A stretch of DNA of 64,000 nucleotides from Candidatus Cloacimonadales bacterium (GTDB lineage Bacteria > Cloacimonadota > Cloacimonadia > Cloacimonadales > JAFGVF01). Each line of letters begins with the position of its first letter. Position 1 is the first letter of the stretch. The stretch lies in assembly GCA_963662585.1 (NCBI GenBank), contig OY759729.1, positions 320,001 to 384,000 on the forward strand, in the 5' to 3' direction. The position numbers and the translations under genes were made by a program. Of this stretch, positions 20,762 through 30,817 are shown piece by piece. The notes under the pieces are model-generated. The model ran no database searches, had not been told where the DNA came from, and saw nothing but the letters and a program-made list of their open reading frames with translations.

Positions 20762-21529
20762 TTATTTTATCTTCAGTCCTACATTTTCTGCATCTTTTAG
20801 ATCAGCTACAAAGCTACCAAATTTAACTTCTGATTCCATTTTAACTGGTATTTTAAATTCATCATCAGTAAGCCAGATGAATATTTTCCCTGAGTTTTGG
20901 AAGATAGTTTCCCCTGTTAATTGAGGTTCAATTTTGAGACAATACTTCTTACCAAAGATAGTTTTAAGCTTTTCTCGTTCATGAACAACAATAGCAGCAT
21001 CAAAAGTTACTCCATCTCCAGACATAGTCATAATAAGGGTATCTCCTACAGCAAGTTCTTGTTGGCGAATACTATAAAAAGCTCCTAGAAAATCATAAGT
21101 ATCTTTAGTAATAGCTACATCCTTGGTAGAAAATTCTTTTTTCCCGAAAGACCATTTTTGGTAGATGCAGTTTTCGTTCTCTCTGTCATAGTAGTGAAGT
21201 CTTCTTTGTTTATAACCACCTTCTCTTAAGTTCTTTTCGTAGAAGATAGCTAAGCCACTATCTTTATCAGAAATTGAGATAATACTATCTCTAACTTTAA
21301 AAAAGACATCAAAGAAAGAGTAAGTTTTGGCATTAGAAGTTACCTTAAAGGCTTCAACTGGCTCGGTGTAGATTGAGTCGGTATGAATAATATGACGAGT
21401 AAAAAGTTCAGCTTCGGCAGCAGATACGACACCATATCTAATGTTAAAAGTTAATCTTTCTTGATCTTGAATAGAAATCAAATTCCCTATCGCCATAAGA
21501 GCGCAAAGGATAATTATTTTTATTTTCAT
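20762..21529 (-). CDS. DUF3108-like exported protein
   Basis: Signal peptide; ERLTFNIRYG, FFKVRD, IWLTDDEFKIPVK pattern. Confidence 0.7.
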   Translation of the reverse strand: MKIKIIILCALMAIGNLISIQDQERLTFNIRYGVVSAAEAELFTRHIIHTDSIYTEPVEAFKVTSNAKTYSFFDVFFKVRDSIISISDKDSGLAIFYEKNLREGGYKQRRLHYYDRENENCIYQKWSFGKKEFSTKDVAITKDTYDFLGAFYSIRQQELAVGDTLIMTMSGDGVTFDAAIVVHEREKLKTIFGKKYCLKIEPQLTGETIFQNSGKIFIWLTDDEFKIPVKMESEVKFGSFVADLKDAENVGLKIK

Positions 21530-21579
21530 AAAGAGTCCTTGTTATCGTTTTTATTATTATTTTTCCAAAGGGAAATGTG

Positions 21580-23880
21580 TCAATCTTCTTTTACTTGAAT
21601 CTCAAAATATATTTTTTTTGATAGTCCTTGAGAAGTAACAAGAAACAGAACTTTTTCTCCAGGACTTGTAGTTATGTCTAATTTATGCACTCCATTTGTT
21701 TGAGCTAAAAAAGTGTCATCTAAAAACCAATAGATAATCTCATCGCTAGTATAAGCTTCAGCTTGAAAGTAGTTTAGTTTTCCTGATAAATCAACAGGTA
21801 GATAGATATGACTGTTGGGAATAGGGTATTTAATGATTAGTTCAGAGTTGGAACTAATCATTGAGCAATCAGGATTATGAGCAGGAATTTCAGGATAAGA
21901 AGTCCCTGCTTCTTGGAGGTAATAATCTACTGTAGGTGGATAATCTAGCACCCTTATTGCCTTGTGGGGAATATCTTTCCAGCAGTTAGAACAAACTTGC
22001 ATTGATTCTTTCTCATCAACGATAATCTGCTTATGATAAGAGCATTTTGGGAGAAGAAAAGCAGTCTGCGGAACATCTATCCAAAGAGTATCTTGGCAAT
22101 ACTTGGAAGGACTAAATCCACTTACAGCACAGACAGGGATCTGTTTAAAATCATCCCAGGGTTTAACAAAGAAAGGGTTATTATTGTTAGGGAGAGTTTC
22201 TAGAACTTTGAAAAGGATTGAGCCAGCAATTTCTCTTCCTGAAAGATGTGGATTTCCTTCACCAGTGAAGTTTCCAGCCCAGACAGCAATTGTCCATTGA
22301 GGGTCAAGTCCCACAGCCCAGGCGTCTCTAAAGCCATTGCTAGTTCCTGTTTTCCAAGAAAAATTGGGAAATTCTGTCATAAAAGGAGCTGGTTTCTTAA
22401 CTCCTTTGAGAATGTCTAAAATTTGATAAGAAGCAGCTGGAGATAATAAAGTTTTCTTTTCATTACTCTTGTCATTTTGAAGAAGTTTTAAGCCTGAATA
22501 CTTACCGTAGTTTCCCAAAGTTTGATACATTTCAGATAGGTCCCAGAGATTTGTTTCCGCACCACCGATACAGATAGAAAGTCCGTAAGAGCTAGGCTCA
22601 CGGAAAAGACTTTTCATTCCGACACTTTTGAGAACTGAGACAGCATCATAGACCCCTATTCTTTGAGTAACTTCATAAGCTGGGATATTAAGGGATTTTT
22701 GTAAAGCTTCTGTTACATTAGTAATTCCTCGATACTTCTTATCAAAGTTTTTAGGAAGAAGAATTCCATAGCTTTTGTTGATATCTTCGATAAGAGAATT
22801 GGGAGTGATGAGTCCTTTCTCAAGAGCATAACCATAAATGAAAGGTTTGAGAATAGAAGCAGAAGAACGAAGAGCTTGAATGCCATCTACGAAACCATTA
22901 GTAGAGCTTGAAAAATAAGCCTGAGAACCGATATAAGCCTTTACTTCATGAGTTTGGGTATTACTAACTAAAATAGCAATATTCTTAATCCCCATACTAC
23001 TAAGATAAGCTCCTTCATTTAAGGCAAGACTCTCAATCTTGAGCTGTAGGTCTTTGCTTATAGTTGTTTTATATTCATCCTTAGAGCCTTGTTTTAGTTT
23101 ATCCCCAAGATGAGGAGCAATGAAAGGAAATGAATAGTGGGAAGTAGGAATAGCTTCTCTTTTGGAATTTTCCAACTGCTGTTGATTGATATAACCTTGG
23201 TTCATTAATGTAGAGAGAAGTCTATCTCTTTTTTCTTTTAGCTTATGGCTATTTCTACCAGGATAGAGGTTACTAGGGTTGTTAGGTAAAACAGCAAAAA
23301 GAGCGGCTTCAGCCCAGGTTAATTGTTCAAGAACTTTGCCGTAATACTTATAGGCAGCACTTCTTATGCCCACTATATTACTTCCATAAGGAGCATTATT
23401 AAGGTACATTAAGAGTATCTCATCTTTAGTATAGAAGAGTTCTAACTTGAGAGCAATAAAGGCCTCGCGTATTTTATTAATTAGAGTTCTATCTTTGTTC
23501 AAGAAGAGACGAGCAGTTTGCATAGTAATAGTAGAACCACCACTTACAACTCTCCCCTCTTTAATATTTGAATATAATGCTCGGACTAGAGAAAAGGGGT
23601 TAATACCAGGATGAGAATAAAATCTTTCATCTTCAAACTTCAAAATGGAAGTTTTTAATTTATCAGGAATAGTGTCATTATAAGGCAGATGCCATTGTTC
23701 ATTACTATCTAAATATACCCTTAAATAGTCTCCCTTTTCATCTAAGATAACAGTCGAGTAGTTCCAATCGTTTTCTGTAGGCAGAGGAGATATTAGAATC
23801 GCTGACAGTATTAGTGCCAGAAGCACAGCTATGATTCCCAAAGTTTTAAAGATTAATCTCTTGCTTGGAGATTTGAGCAT
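21580..23880 (-). CDS. pbpC: Penicillin-binding protein 1C
   Basis: Transglycosylase FEDERF and GGSTITMQ; transpeptidase SILK, SLN and KTGT; next to a macroglobulin gene. Confidence 0.92.
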   Translation of the reverse strand: MLKSPSKRLIFKTLGIIAVLLALILSAILISPLPTENDWNYSTVILDEKGDYLRVYLDSNEQWHLPYNDTIPDKLKTSILKFEDERFYSHPGINPFSLVRALYSNIKEGRVVSGGSTITMQTARLFLNKDRTLINKIREAFIALKLELFYTKDEILLMYLNNAPYGSNIVGIRSAAYKYYGKVLEQLTWAEAALFAVLPNNPSNLYPGRNSHKLKEKRDRLLSTLMNQGYINQQQLENSKREAIPTSHYSFPFIAPHLGDKLKQGSKDEYKTTISKDLQLKIESLALNEGAYLSSMGIKNIAILVSNTQTHEVKAYIGSQAYFSSSTNGFVDGIQALRSSASILKPFIYGYALEKGLITPNSLIEDINKSYGILLPKNFDKKYRGITNVTEALQKSLNIPAYEVTQRIGVYDAVSVLKSVGMKSLFREPSSYGLSICIGGAETNLWDLSEMYQTLGNYGKYSGLKLLQNDKSNEKKTLLSPAASYQILDILKGVKKPAPFMTEFPNFSWKTGTSNGFRDAWAVGLDPQWTIAVWAGNFTGEGNPHLSGREIAGSILFKVLETLPNNNNPFFVKPWDDFKQIPVCAVSGFSPSKYCQDTLWIDVPQTAFLLPKCSYHKQIIVDEKESMQVCSNCWKDIPHKAIRVLDYPPTVDYYLQEAGTSYPEIPAHNPDCSMISSNSELIIKYPIPNSHIYLPVDLSGKLNYFQAEAYTSDEIIYWFLDDTFLAQTNGVHKLDITTSPGEKVLFLVTSQGLSKKIYFEIQVKED

Positions 23881-23957
23881 TTTTTAATATTCCTAGTCTT
23901 GTTTAGTTTGATTTATCTGACAAATCTTGTGATTTTTGGCATGTAATAATCATTCAC

Positions 23958-24017
23958 CATGTAGAAATGTTGCATGCAACGTCTCTACATGCAACGACTA
24001 TACATGCAACGACTATA
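23958..24017. repeat. GTAG-type REP-like palindrome with 15-bp tandem extension
   Basis: CATGTAGAAATGTTGCATGCAACGTCTCTACATG imperfect palindrome; CATGCAACG recurs at 23973, 23988 and 24003. Confidence 0.75.
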
Positions 24018-24102
24018 TATGGGTACCTTAATTTCATGAAATGTTTCCACATGGGATAATTATTATATCTTAATTTATATATATAATTTAATCAATCTGT
24101 TA

Positions 24103-27100
24103 TTATTTAACTATTATAGGTCGTCCTTGAATTACTGCTTGATTCTCAGGATTATAGATATCTTCTGAGGTTGTAGCAGGCATCATGAACTTACCTTTAA
24201 TGATAGAATTAATTTTACACTTGTAAGAAGTTGGAAGTTTTGATCTACTCTTTCCATAAATAATAACTCTATCATCTCTGACATCTGTATAGTTTGGTAA
24301 TTCACTTTGATTATATCCTCTACTGTTATAGGAATTATTTTCTTCGCTTGAGAATTCCCAACAGGAAGGGAGAATATATGTTGTAGCAAATTCCATATTA
24401 TTAAAGTCTGGAGTAGTATTAATCTCAGCATAGAAAGTCTGACCTTGCTCTAAAGAAGAGACATCAAGTACTTGTCCATCTAAATCTGTATAGATGACAT
24501 CAAGAGTAATATTATCTGATGAAGATCTAGTATCAGTAATCTTAGGGACGAAGACATTATTGGCAATAATTGCAACATCTTTAGCCTTAGCTGATATAGC
24601 TTTTATTACAAGCTCACTATTTTTGAAAGGAGTTAAATCAAAGAAAAAAGACTTATCTACTTGAATATTCTCTTTCTTCCCCGCTACTGTTAATTCAAAC
24701 TCAGCTCTTGTATAATTCTGATAATCATTAGGTAAAGTACTTACGAAACCTGCGAGAGCAAAGAGATTCCAACCTTTCTCATACTGATTCCAGTAACTTG
24801 GAGATTGCATCTTCTTAGCAAGAGCTAAAGCAGTTGCTCTGTTTTTAGCTTTCTGAACATCATCACTATTATTATAGATAGAATTAGAGTATAGTTCTAA
24901 AGCTTGAGCGACTTCTTCATTAGGTTTTAAATAATTATGATGATTATCTTTTACTTGAATAAGAACATCAGCTTTTAAATCTTTAGTTAGATCTTTAATA
25001 TCAAAACCTGATTCCCTATAGGCCATCTCTAACATGGTGACAGCACTACTCTCGATATTAATAACCTCTTGTTCATTATAGTAGTTTAAAGAAGCAATAT
25101 TTGCTTTATCTGCAAGAGCTAGAACGAAGAGAATATAGGCATCTTCAAAATCTACTTGTGAGGTATTTCTACTTGATTTCTCCAAAAAACTTAGAATTTC
25201 AGAATAGACAAACTCATTTATATTATAGCCTTTCTCTTTGGCAATCAAGCAAGTATGCAGGGCATAAGCATTGAGAATTTTACGATTATTAGCGTAATTC
25301 CACTGGCCTTGCCACTCCCATAAACCTTGCTTATTATACTTAACTATCTCTTGGAAGTAAGCATTTACATTGGCGTCAAGCTCATTTCTAAGATTAACAT
25401 CTGTGATAAAATCACTAAGAAGAAGTTGAACAAAAGCAGTTGCAGTTTTCATTACTGCTCCGCCATAAGGATATCTGATAGAGTAACGAAGTTGCTGATC
25501 AGCATCAAATTCAAATCCTTGAGTAAAAGATAGATAAGCCTGACCACTATTAGCATAACCAAGTTCTGGAACATTGTAGTTTATTTCATCTCCAGTAAAG
25601 CTAAGCATCTTAGAGTCGGTTTGATATGCTGAAGGTAATCTGATTCCGACATCAATCTTCTTGTCAGAAGAAAAGTCTTTACTCTTGATTCTAAAGTTAA
25701 ATTCAGCTTTTCCTATAGCTTCTTTTACTTGAGCTGAGAAAATAAGTAATTTACTTGTTTGGCCTGCAGGAATGATATGTTTTGATTTTGAAGTAACTTC
25801 TACAATGCTATTGGTAATTAACTCAATTTCAACATCAGAAGTTACACTAGGGTCTATGACAACATTAACAGGGATTTGAAAGTCATCACTAGGTGTTAAT
25901 ACTCTTGGGAGAGTTGGCATAGCAATGATGTCATCTTTTACGATAACGGGTTTAACTGATGCTCCAAGTGCTTCTTCATTAGCTGCGACAAGAGTAACTT
26001 TTAGAGCTCCAATATAATCAGCTATATCAACTTCAAACTCAGCCTTACCATTATCATCAGTTTCTAAAATCCCTAAGAAATATGAGACAGGTTTAAATCT
26101 TTGCACACCTGTTTCTTGCAATCTATTCATTTCCCTTAATGAACCTACACTATCATTTTCGAAGCTAGCTCCTTTACTTAGCATGGCCATACCTCCACCT
26201 ATCATGATGGTTCGGAATATTTCTAAGTTCTGGGCATTAAGGAAGAAAGAGAAGTTATCATAATCTTGAGCAAAATAGCCTTCATTACGATAAAAAAGAG
26301 TCCAGGGATTCGGAATAGAATAATTACTTTTATTGATTAAACCTTGATCAACGATGGAAACAATATATTGAGTCTTCTTTTTAACACCTACATCAATCTT
26401 ACCTTTCAATTTAGAGTTGGAATTAATCTTCTCAGGGAGCTCTAACTTTATATCGAGTGAAGTTGTTTTATCTATTATCTTAATAGGGATTATTCCGTAT
26501 AAGCTCAAGGGAAGATCATTATTTCTATTCTTTTGACCTTGAACTACTCGGACATCAAGATAAACATTAGGTATCATTAAGGCATCAGCTTCAAATTCGT
26601 AAATAAAATCTCCATTAGTGTTCACATCTATAATCTCTTGTTTAACAATTTCATCTTTCTTAATGATTGCAAGATAGATTTTGCTGTCTTTGGAGCTAGG
26701 AATGCTTACTTTGACAGTTTCACCAATTTCATAATCTTCTTTATCCGTTTTAAGTTCTAAAGAGCTATCTTCTGTAAGTTCAGAATGATCACCCCAATAG
26801 TTGTTGAAGTACTTATGATTTATTTCATAATCATCATTACCTTTTATTCTAGCCTCAACAATAAAGAGATTATAATCTGAAGATTGAGGTTTAAAGGTAA
26901 TATATTTATCTTTTCCTATAGTTACCTGTCCCTTAGTTATAACAGAAGATGATTCTGATTTCTTGAAAGAAGCTCGATAGTTAAAATCATAATCCCACCA
27001 CCAACTTCCTTTCTTTCCATAGATAACGAATTCTACTTGAGTACCTTCCTGAAGACTGCTTCCTTTTTCATCAACTACCACAAGTCCTACTTGATAAGTT

Positions 27101-29817
27101 CCATTCTTAGCCTTTAAATATCTGTTGTTACTTAAACCGATATATTTTCTTAAAGGTGAAACTGGTAGGGTTAAATTTCTATTTATAGGTCTTCCACCTT
27201 CTTCAGTAACTTCCACATCAACATTTACAAAGTAAGGATGATTTCCTTCTTTTGCATCTAATAGTTTAAAGTTTGCATCAACTTTACCATTCTCATCACT
27301 TGATAATTCCTGTACTTGCTGATACATAGAGTAATCATTATTAGAAAACTCATCGACAAAAGAATATTGATTGAACTTCTCTTGAGCAAAACTGTAATTA
27401 CGATAGATATTGAAGTCTAATTTACATTTTGCTCCAACTAAAGGTGCTCCAAAAAGATAAGTACTATTGAGTGTTAAGTCTATGCTTTTATCAGTAGAAG
27501 AATACATATCCTTATTTGTTTCCATAGTAACATTAATTCTTTCTGGAACAAATGTTTCTATAGAGAAATTGACCATTTTTTTAAGATTACCATATTCTAC
27601 TTCGATTCTCCAGTTTCCTGTATCTACATTGGATTGAGTAGCCACTTTATATGTTGCAAAACCTTCTTTATATTCTGTAATTTTCTCACTTGAGACTTTA
27701 CTATTCCTAGGATCATAAACAGTTGCAATGATAGGTAAATTTTCTTTTACTATTTTGTTGTCATTATCTCTAACCATAATAGATAAATTTACTGTCTCTC
27801 CAGGCCTGTATTCAGGTCTATCTAAAAAGAGTTCTAGTTTGTATTCATTCTGAGAAAGATCTCTATCAATATTGAATTTAGTATTATCTAAAAGCATTGT
27901 GGAACTGGAAAGAAGCCCTAAAGCCCCCTCTCTCTCAGCAACTACAAAGAAATGTCCAAAATTCAAAGCTTTCTCGAGATTATCAAATACAAAATTACCA
28001 TTCCTATCGGTTTTTCCTTTAGCAAGAAGAGTGTTGTTATAACTCCTTAATTGAACATCTGCTCTCTTTACAGGTGAGCCATCAGTTACATCTACAACAT
28101 TAACCATTACCTTCTCTTTAAATGCTTTTGCTGTAAGAGCTAAATCAGTAAATAAAAGCATCTTAGAAACTTTAGAACTGTAATTATAATAATAGAAACT
28201 ATTTGGTGTTTTTAACTTATCATTTGCTTCTACTTTCCCTTGTAAATTGAGAATATAAATTTTATCTGGAGCCTTTTTGATGACTTCTCCTAAATCTAGC
28301 TTAATAAAAGCATCTTTATCAGTTATCACTTCAGTTTTAACTGTTCCCCTCTTTACCTCTTCCCCATACCAATGCAAATTATCATTTCTATAATAGTTCT
28401 TATAATTTGTGATAGAATAATCTGAAATATTAATATTATGAATCATTTCAGCTATATTCTCTACTTGAATAGCCCACAATTGGTAATCTACTTCAGGGAA
28501 ATTTACTACCTTAATGTTGAAAGTGTTATTATTAAGTGATGATAAAAAAACTCCTCTATCGGCAAATTCTAACTCTCTTTCACGATTATAAGTATGAACT
28601 ATTTCTTCTTTTGCTTCTTGTAAAACCGAAGCATCAGCAGCTTTGATTCCTGAGTTTATCTGAAGCTTATACTCTTTGTTTAGTTCAAAGTTTCCAGAAA
28701 CAATTACCTTATTCATAAACTTAGAAATTGATACTGCTAATTCTTCTTGCTCAGCAAGAGTAATTAAACCCTTAAGAGATTGATTATCATCTAGATTCTT
28801 AGAAAAAGTTAATTCAATTCTTGCTTTACCTTGATTATCTGTAACTGTGTTAATACTATTAAGAAGAAATTTTCTCATCTCCTTGATTGTATTTGAATAA
28901 TATATTCCTCTTCTGTTGTCTGTTCGGAAAGCCTCAGCTTTAGGTGAGAGAATGATTTTGTCATTTTCGGTAGCAGTAAAAAGATTACTCTTAAGCACCA
29001 TTTCGCCACTATCATCATAACTGATATTATCCACAGTTGCCTGTTTAGATCCTATACGGATTTTTAAGCCATTCCTGTAATCAGAATCTTGATATCTGCC
29101 TCGGTAATGGTTAATAATAAATTCAAGATAATACTCATTTCTGTTAGAAGTTGGATGGAGAGAAACCTGACCTAAAGTCAAGATCGGTGCTGAGTTATAG
29201 AAAGATAGTTCAACTTTAGCAAACTCACCATTTAAAAGTTCAGCTTGGTCTATCTTCACCTTATAGGTATAGTCGCCTTTAAATCTTTCTGCAGGATAGA
29301 AACGCACTATTTTATCTTCTATTTTTTCAAATGCACCATCTGTGCGAGGAGAGAATTCTATATATTTATTATAATCTTCTAGTCTAATTGATTCTTGTAA
29401 GGGAGTATTAAAAGCTATTTCATAATAATCTCGATCATTATTCCAAGAGTTTAGTTTTGTATAAACAACTCTTTGATTGGAAGTTGGAGTATGAGCAGAC
29501 CTATTTATTATTCTTTCTCTGGTTGAAGAAATTGACTCTGAACCTGTTTCGGTTTTAGCTTCTTCCTCAGAATCATTCATGGGCATACTTGGTATATCAT
29601 TAGGCATGGATTCTGTAACTTCATTATCTAAGCCTTGCTTTTGCTCTAAGGATTGAGATTGTTCTGCATCTTTACTCAACTCTGCAGAAACTGATTCAAC
29701 TTGAGTTTGTTTATCAGATAATAGTGGTTGAACTTCACTCTTTTCCTCTTTAGGGCAACCTGTTATGATTATAATAATCATTATAAAAAACAATAGAGTA
29801 CGAAATCCTCTTGACAT
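24103..29817 (-). CDS. Bacterial alpha-2-macroglobulin family lipoprotein
   Basis: 1904 aa; lipobox ITGC; TDLAL, DRPEYRPGE, ETFVPER, PTLPRVL, YPYG and DVRDDRV motifs; upstream of pbpC. Confidence 0.9.
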   Translation of the reverse strand: MSRGFRTLLFFIMIIIIITGCPKEEKSEVQPLLSDKQTQVESVSAELSKDAEQSQSLEQKQGLDNEVTESMPNDIPSMPMNDSEEEAKTETGSESISSTRERIINRSAHTPTSNQRVVYTKLNSWNNDRDYYEIAFNTPLQESIRLEDYNKYIEFSPRTDGAFEKIEDKIVRFYPAERFKGDYTYKVKIDQAELLNGEFAKVELSFYNSAPILTLGQVSLHPTSNRNEYYLEFIINHYRGRYQDSDYRNGLKIRIGSKQATVDNISYDDSGEMVLKSNLFTATENDKIILSPKAEAFRTDNRRGIYYSNTIKEMRKFLLNSINTVTDNQGKARIELTFSKNLDDNQSLKGLITLAEQEELAVSISKFMNKVIVSGNFELNKEYKLQINSGIKAADASVLQEAKEEIVHTYNRERELEFADRGVFLSSLNNNTFNIKVVNFPEVDYQLWAIQVENIAEMIHNINISDYSITNYKNYYRNDNLHWYGEEVKRGTVKTEVITDKDAFIKLDLGEVIKKAPDKIYILNLQGKVEANDKLKTPNSFYYYNYSSKVSKMLLFTDLALTAKAFKEKVMVNVVDVTDGSPVKRADVQLRSYNNTLLAKGKTDRNGNFVFDNLEKALNFGHFFVVAEREGALGLLSSSTMLLDNTKFNIDRDLSQNEYKLELFLDRPEYRPGETVNLSIMVRDNDNKIVKENLPIIATVYDPRNSKVSSEKITEYKEGFATYKVATQSNVDTGNWRIEVEYGNLKKMVNFSIETFVPERINVTMETNKDMYSSTDKSIDLTLNSTYLFGAPLVGAKCKLDFNIYRNYSFAQEKFNQYSFVDEFSNNDYSMYQQVQELSSDENGKVDANFKLLDAKEGNHPYFVNVDVEVTEEGGRPINRNLTLPVSPLRKYIGLSNNRYLKAKNGTYQVGLVVVDEKGSSLQEGTQVEFVIYGKKGSWWWDYDFNYRASFKKSESSSVITKGQVTIGKDKYITFKPQSSDYNLFIVEARIKGNDDYEINHKYFNNYWGDHSELTEDSSLELKTDKEDYEIGETVKVSIPSSKDSKIYLAIIKKDEIVKQEIIDVNTNGDFIYEFEADALMIPNVYLDVRVVQGQKNRNNDLPLSLYGIIPIKIIDKTTSLDIKLELPEKINSNSKLKGKIDVGVKKKTQYIVSIVDQGLINKSNYSIPNPWTLFYRNEGYFAQDYDNFSFFLNAQNLEIFRTIMIGGGMAMLSKGASFENDSVGSLREMNRLQETGVQRFKPVSYFLGILETDDNGKAEFEVDIADYIGALKVTLVAANEEALGASVKPVIVKDDIIAMPTLPRVLTPSDDFQIPVNVVIDPSVTSDVEIELITNSIVEVTSKSKHIIPAGQTSKLLIFSAQVKEAIGKAEFNFRIKSKDFSSDKKIDVGIRLPSAYQTDSKMLSFTGDEINYNVPELGYANSGQAYLSFTQGFEFDADQQLRYSIRYPYGGAVMKTATAFVQLLLSDFITDVNLRNELDANVNAYFQEIVKYNKQGLWEWQGQWNYANNRKILNAYALHTCLIAKEKGYNINEFVYSEILSFLEKSSRNTSQVDFEDAYILFVLALADKANIASLNYYNEQEVINIESSAVTMLEMAYRESGFDIKDLTKDLKADVLIQVKDNHHNYLKPNEEVAQALELYSNSIYNNSDDVQKAKNRATALALAKKMQSPSYWNQYEKGWNLFALAGFVSTLPNDYQNYTRAEFELTVAGKKENIQVDKSFFFDLTPFKNSELVIKAISAKAKDVAIIANNVFVPKITDTRSSSDNITLDVIYTDLDGQVLDVSSLEQGQTFYAEINTTPDFNNMEFATTYILPSCWEFSSEENNSYNSRGYNQSELPNYTDVRDDRVIIYGKSRSKLPTSYKCKINSIIKGKFMMPATTSEDIYNPENQAVIQGRPIIVK

Positions 29818-29975
29818 ATCTCCTCCAGAAATAAGTTTAATAGCTTATTAATCTAGTGAGTGTATTTAATGTCAAGGAAATTCAATTATCTTATATGATT
29901 TAATATTGTAATCTTCTAAATAATATTTTCCTCTAATTTATATTGAGTAGCCAAAACTCTATTTTAAAGATTATT

Positions 29976-30806
29976 TTAATTGCTGTTATTAGTATCTGAA
30001 ACGACTCGCCTAAAGCTTTCATTCTCTATCGCAATTATCTCTCCATTAGGTAGAGCAACTAAGGAATATCCGGCTTTTCTATCTTCTAAAGAAGAAAGAT
30101 ATTTAAGGGATAAACCTGCTTGAAGTTTCTTGTTGGTAGGGAAAATCCTCCCATCTTCATCCTTGTGAATAATTGTGTTCTTTTTTACCACAATAACTTC
30201 ACGATTTGTCACAAAAGCAGTGAACTTACTTATAGAAACTGCAATAAAAAGTAATAAGAGAAAGATATTTAAGGTAAGATAAAATCTTTTTGCAAAAATC
30301 GATATAGCTATTTTCTGGGAGAGATAAAGATAAATTAAAATCCCTAAAGAGAGAAAAAGCATAAAAACTATCAGAGCTAAGCGATTAATATCTAACCAAT
30401 TATAAACAGAAAATAGTAATCTATTAGTGAATGAACTTTCTGCTAGATTTGCACTAATTATTGAGCTTTCCATCTGTTCTAAAGCTTTGCGAGCTGCTGA
30501 ATTACTACTATCAATACGAAGAGCTCGTTTATAATATAATACAGCATATCCTGCTTCATCTATCTGAGCATAACAATTACCAATATTATAATGGAGATTA
30601 GGATCATTAGATTGCTTTTCTAATTCTTGGTATATTTTGATAGCATCGTAATAGTTTCCCTGTTGAAGGAAGTTATTTGCCTGTCTAAAGAGAAGATTAA
30701 GTTCGTTAGCCGACAAATCTTCTGTTAAAATAAAGGAATTTATCAGCACAAAAAGTAATATTATGATTAATTTTAGGGTACTTAGATTGATTTTATTTAT
30801 AGACAT
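29976..30806 (-). CDS. BatE-like TPR membrane protein
   Basis: TPR (LHYNIGNCY, AVLYYKRAL), two TM helices, SH3-like tail; last gene of the Bat operon. Confidence 0.75.
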   Translation of the reverse strand: MSINKINLSTLKLIIILLFVLINSFILTEDLSANELNLLFRQANNFLQQGNYYDAIKIYQELEKQSNDPNLHYNIGNCYAQIDEAGYAVLYYKRALRIDSSNSAARKALEQMESSIISANLAESSFTNRLLFSVYNWLDINRLALIVFMLFLSLGILIYLYLSQKIAISIFAKRFYLTLNIFLLLLFIAVSISKFTAFVTNREVIVVKKNTIIHKDEDGRIFPTNKKLQAGLSLKYLSSLEDRKAGYSLVALPNGEIIAIENESFRRVVSDTNNSN

Positions 30807-30817
30807 ATTTAATATCC

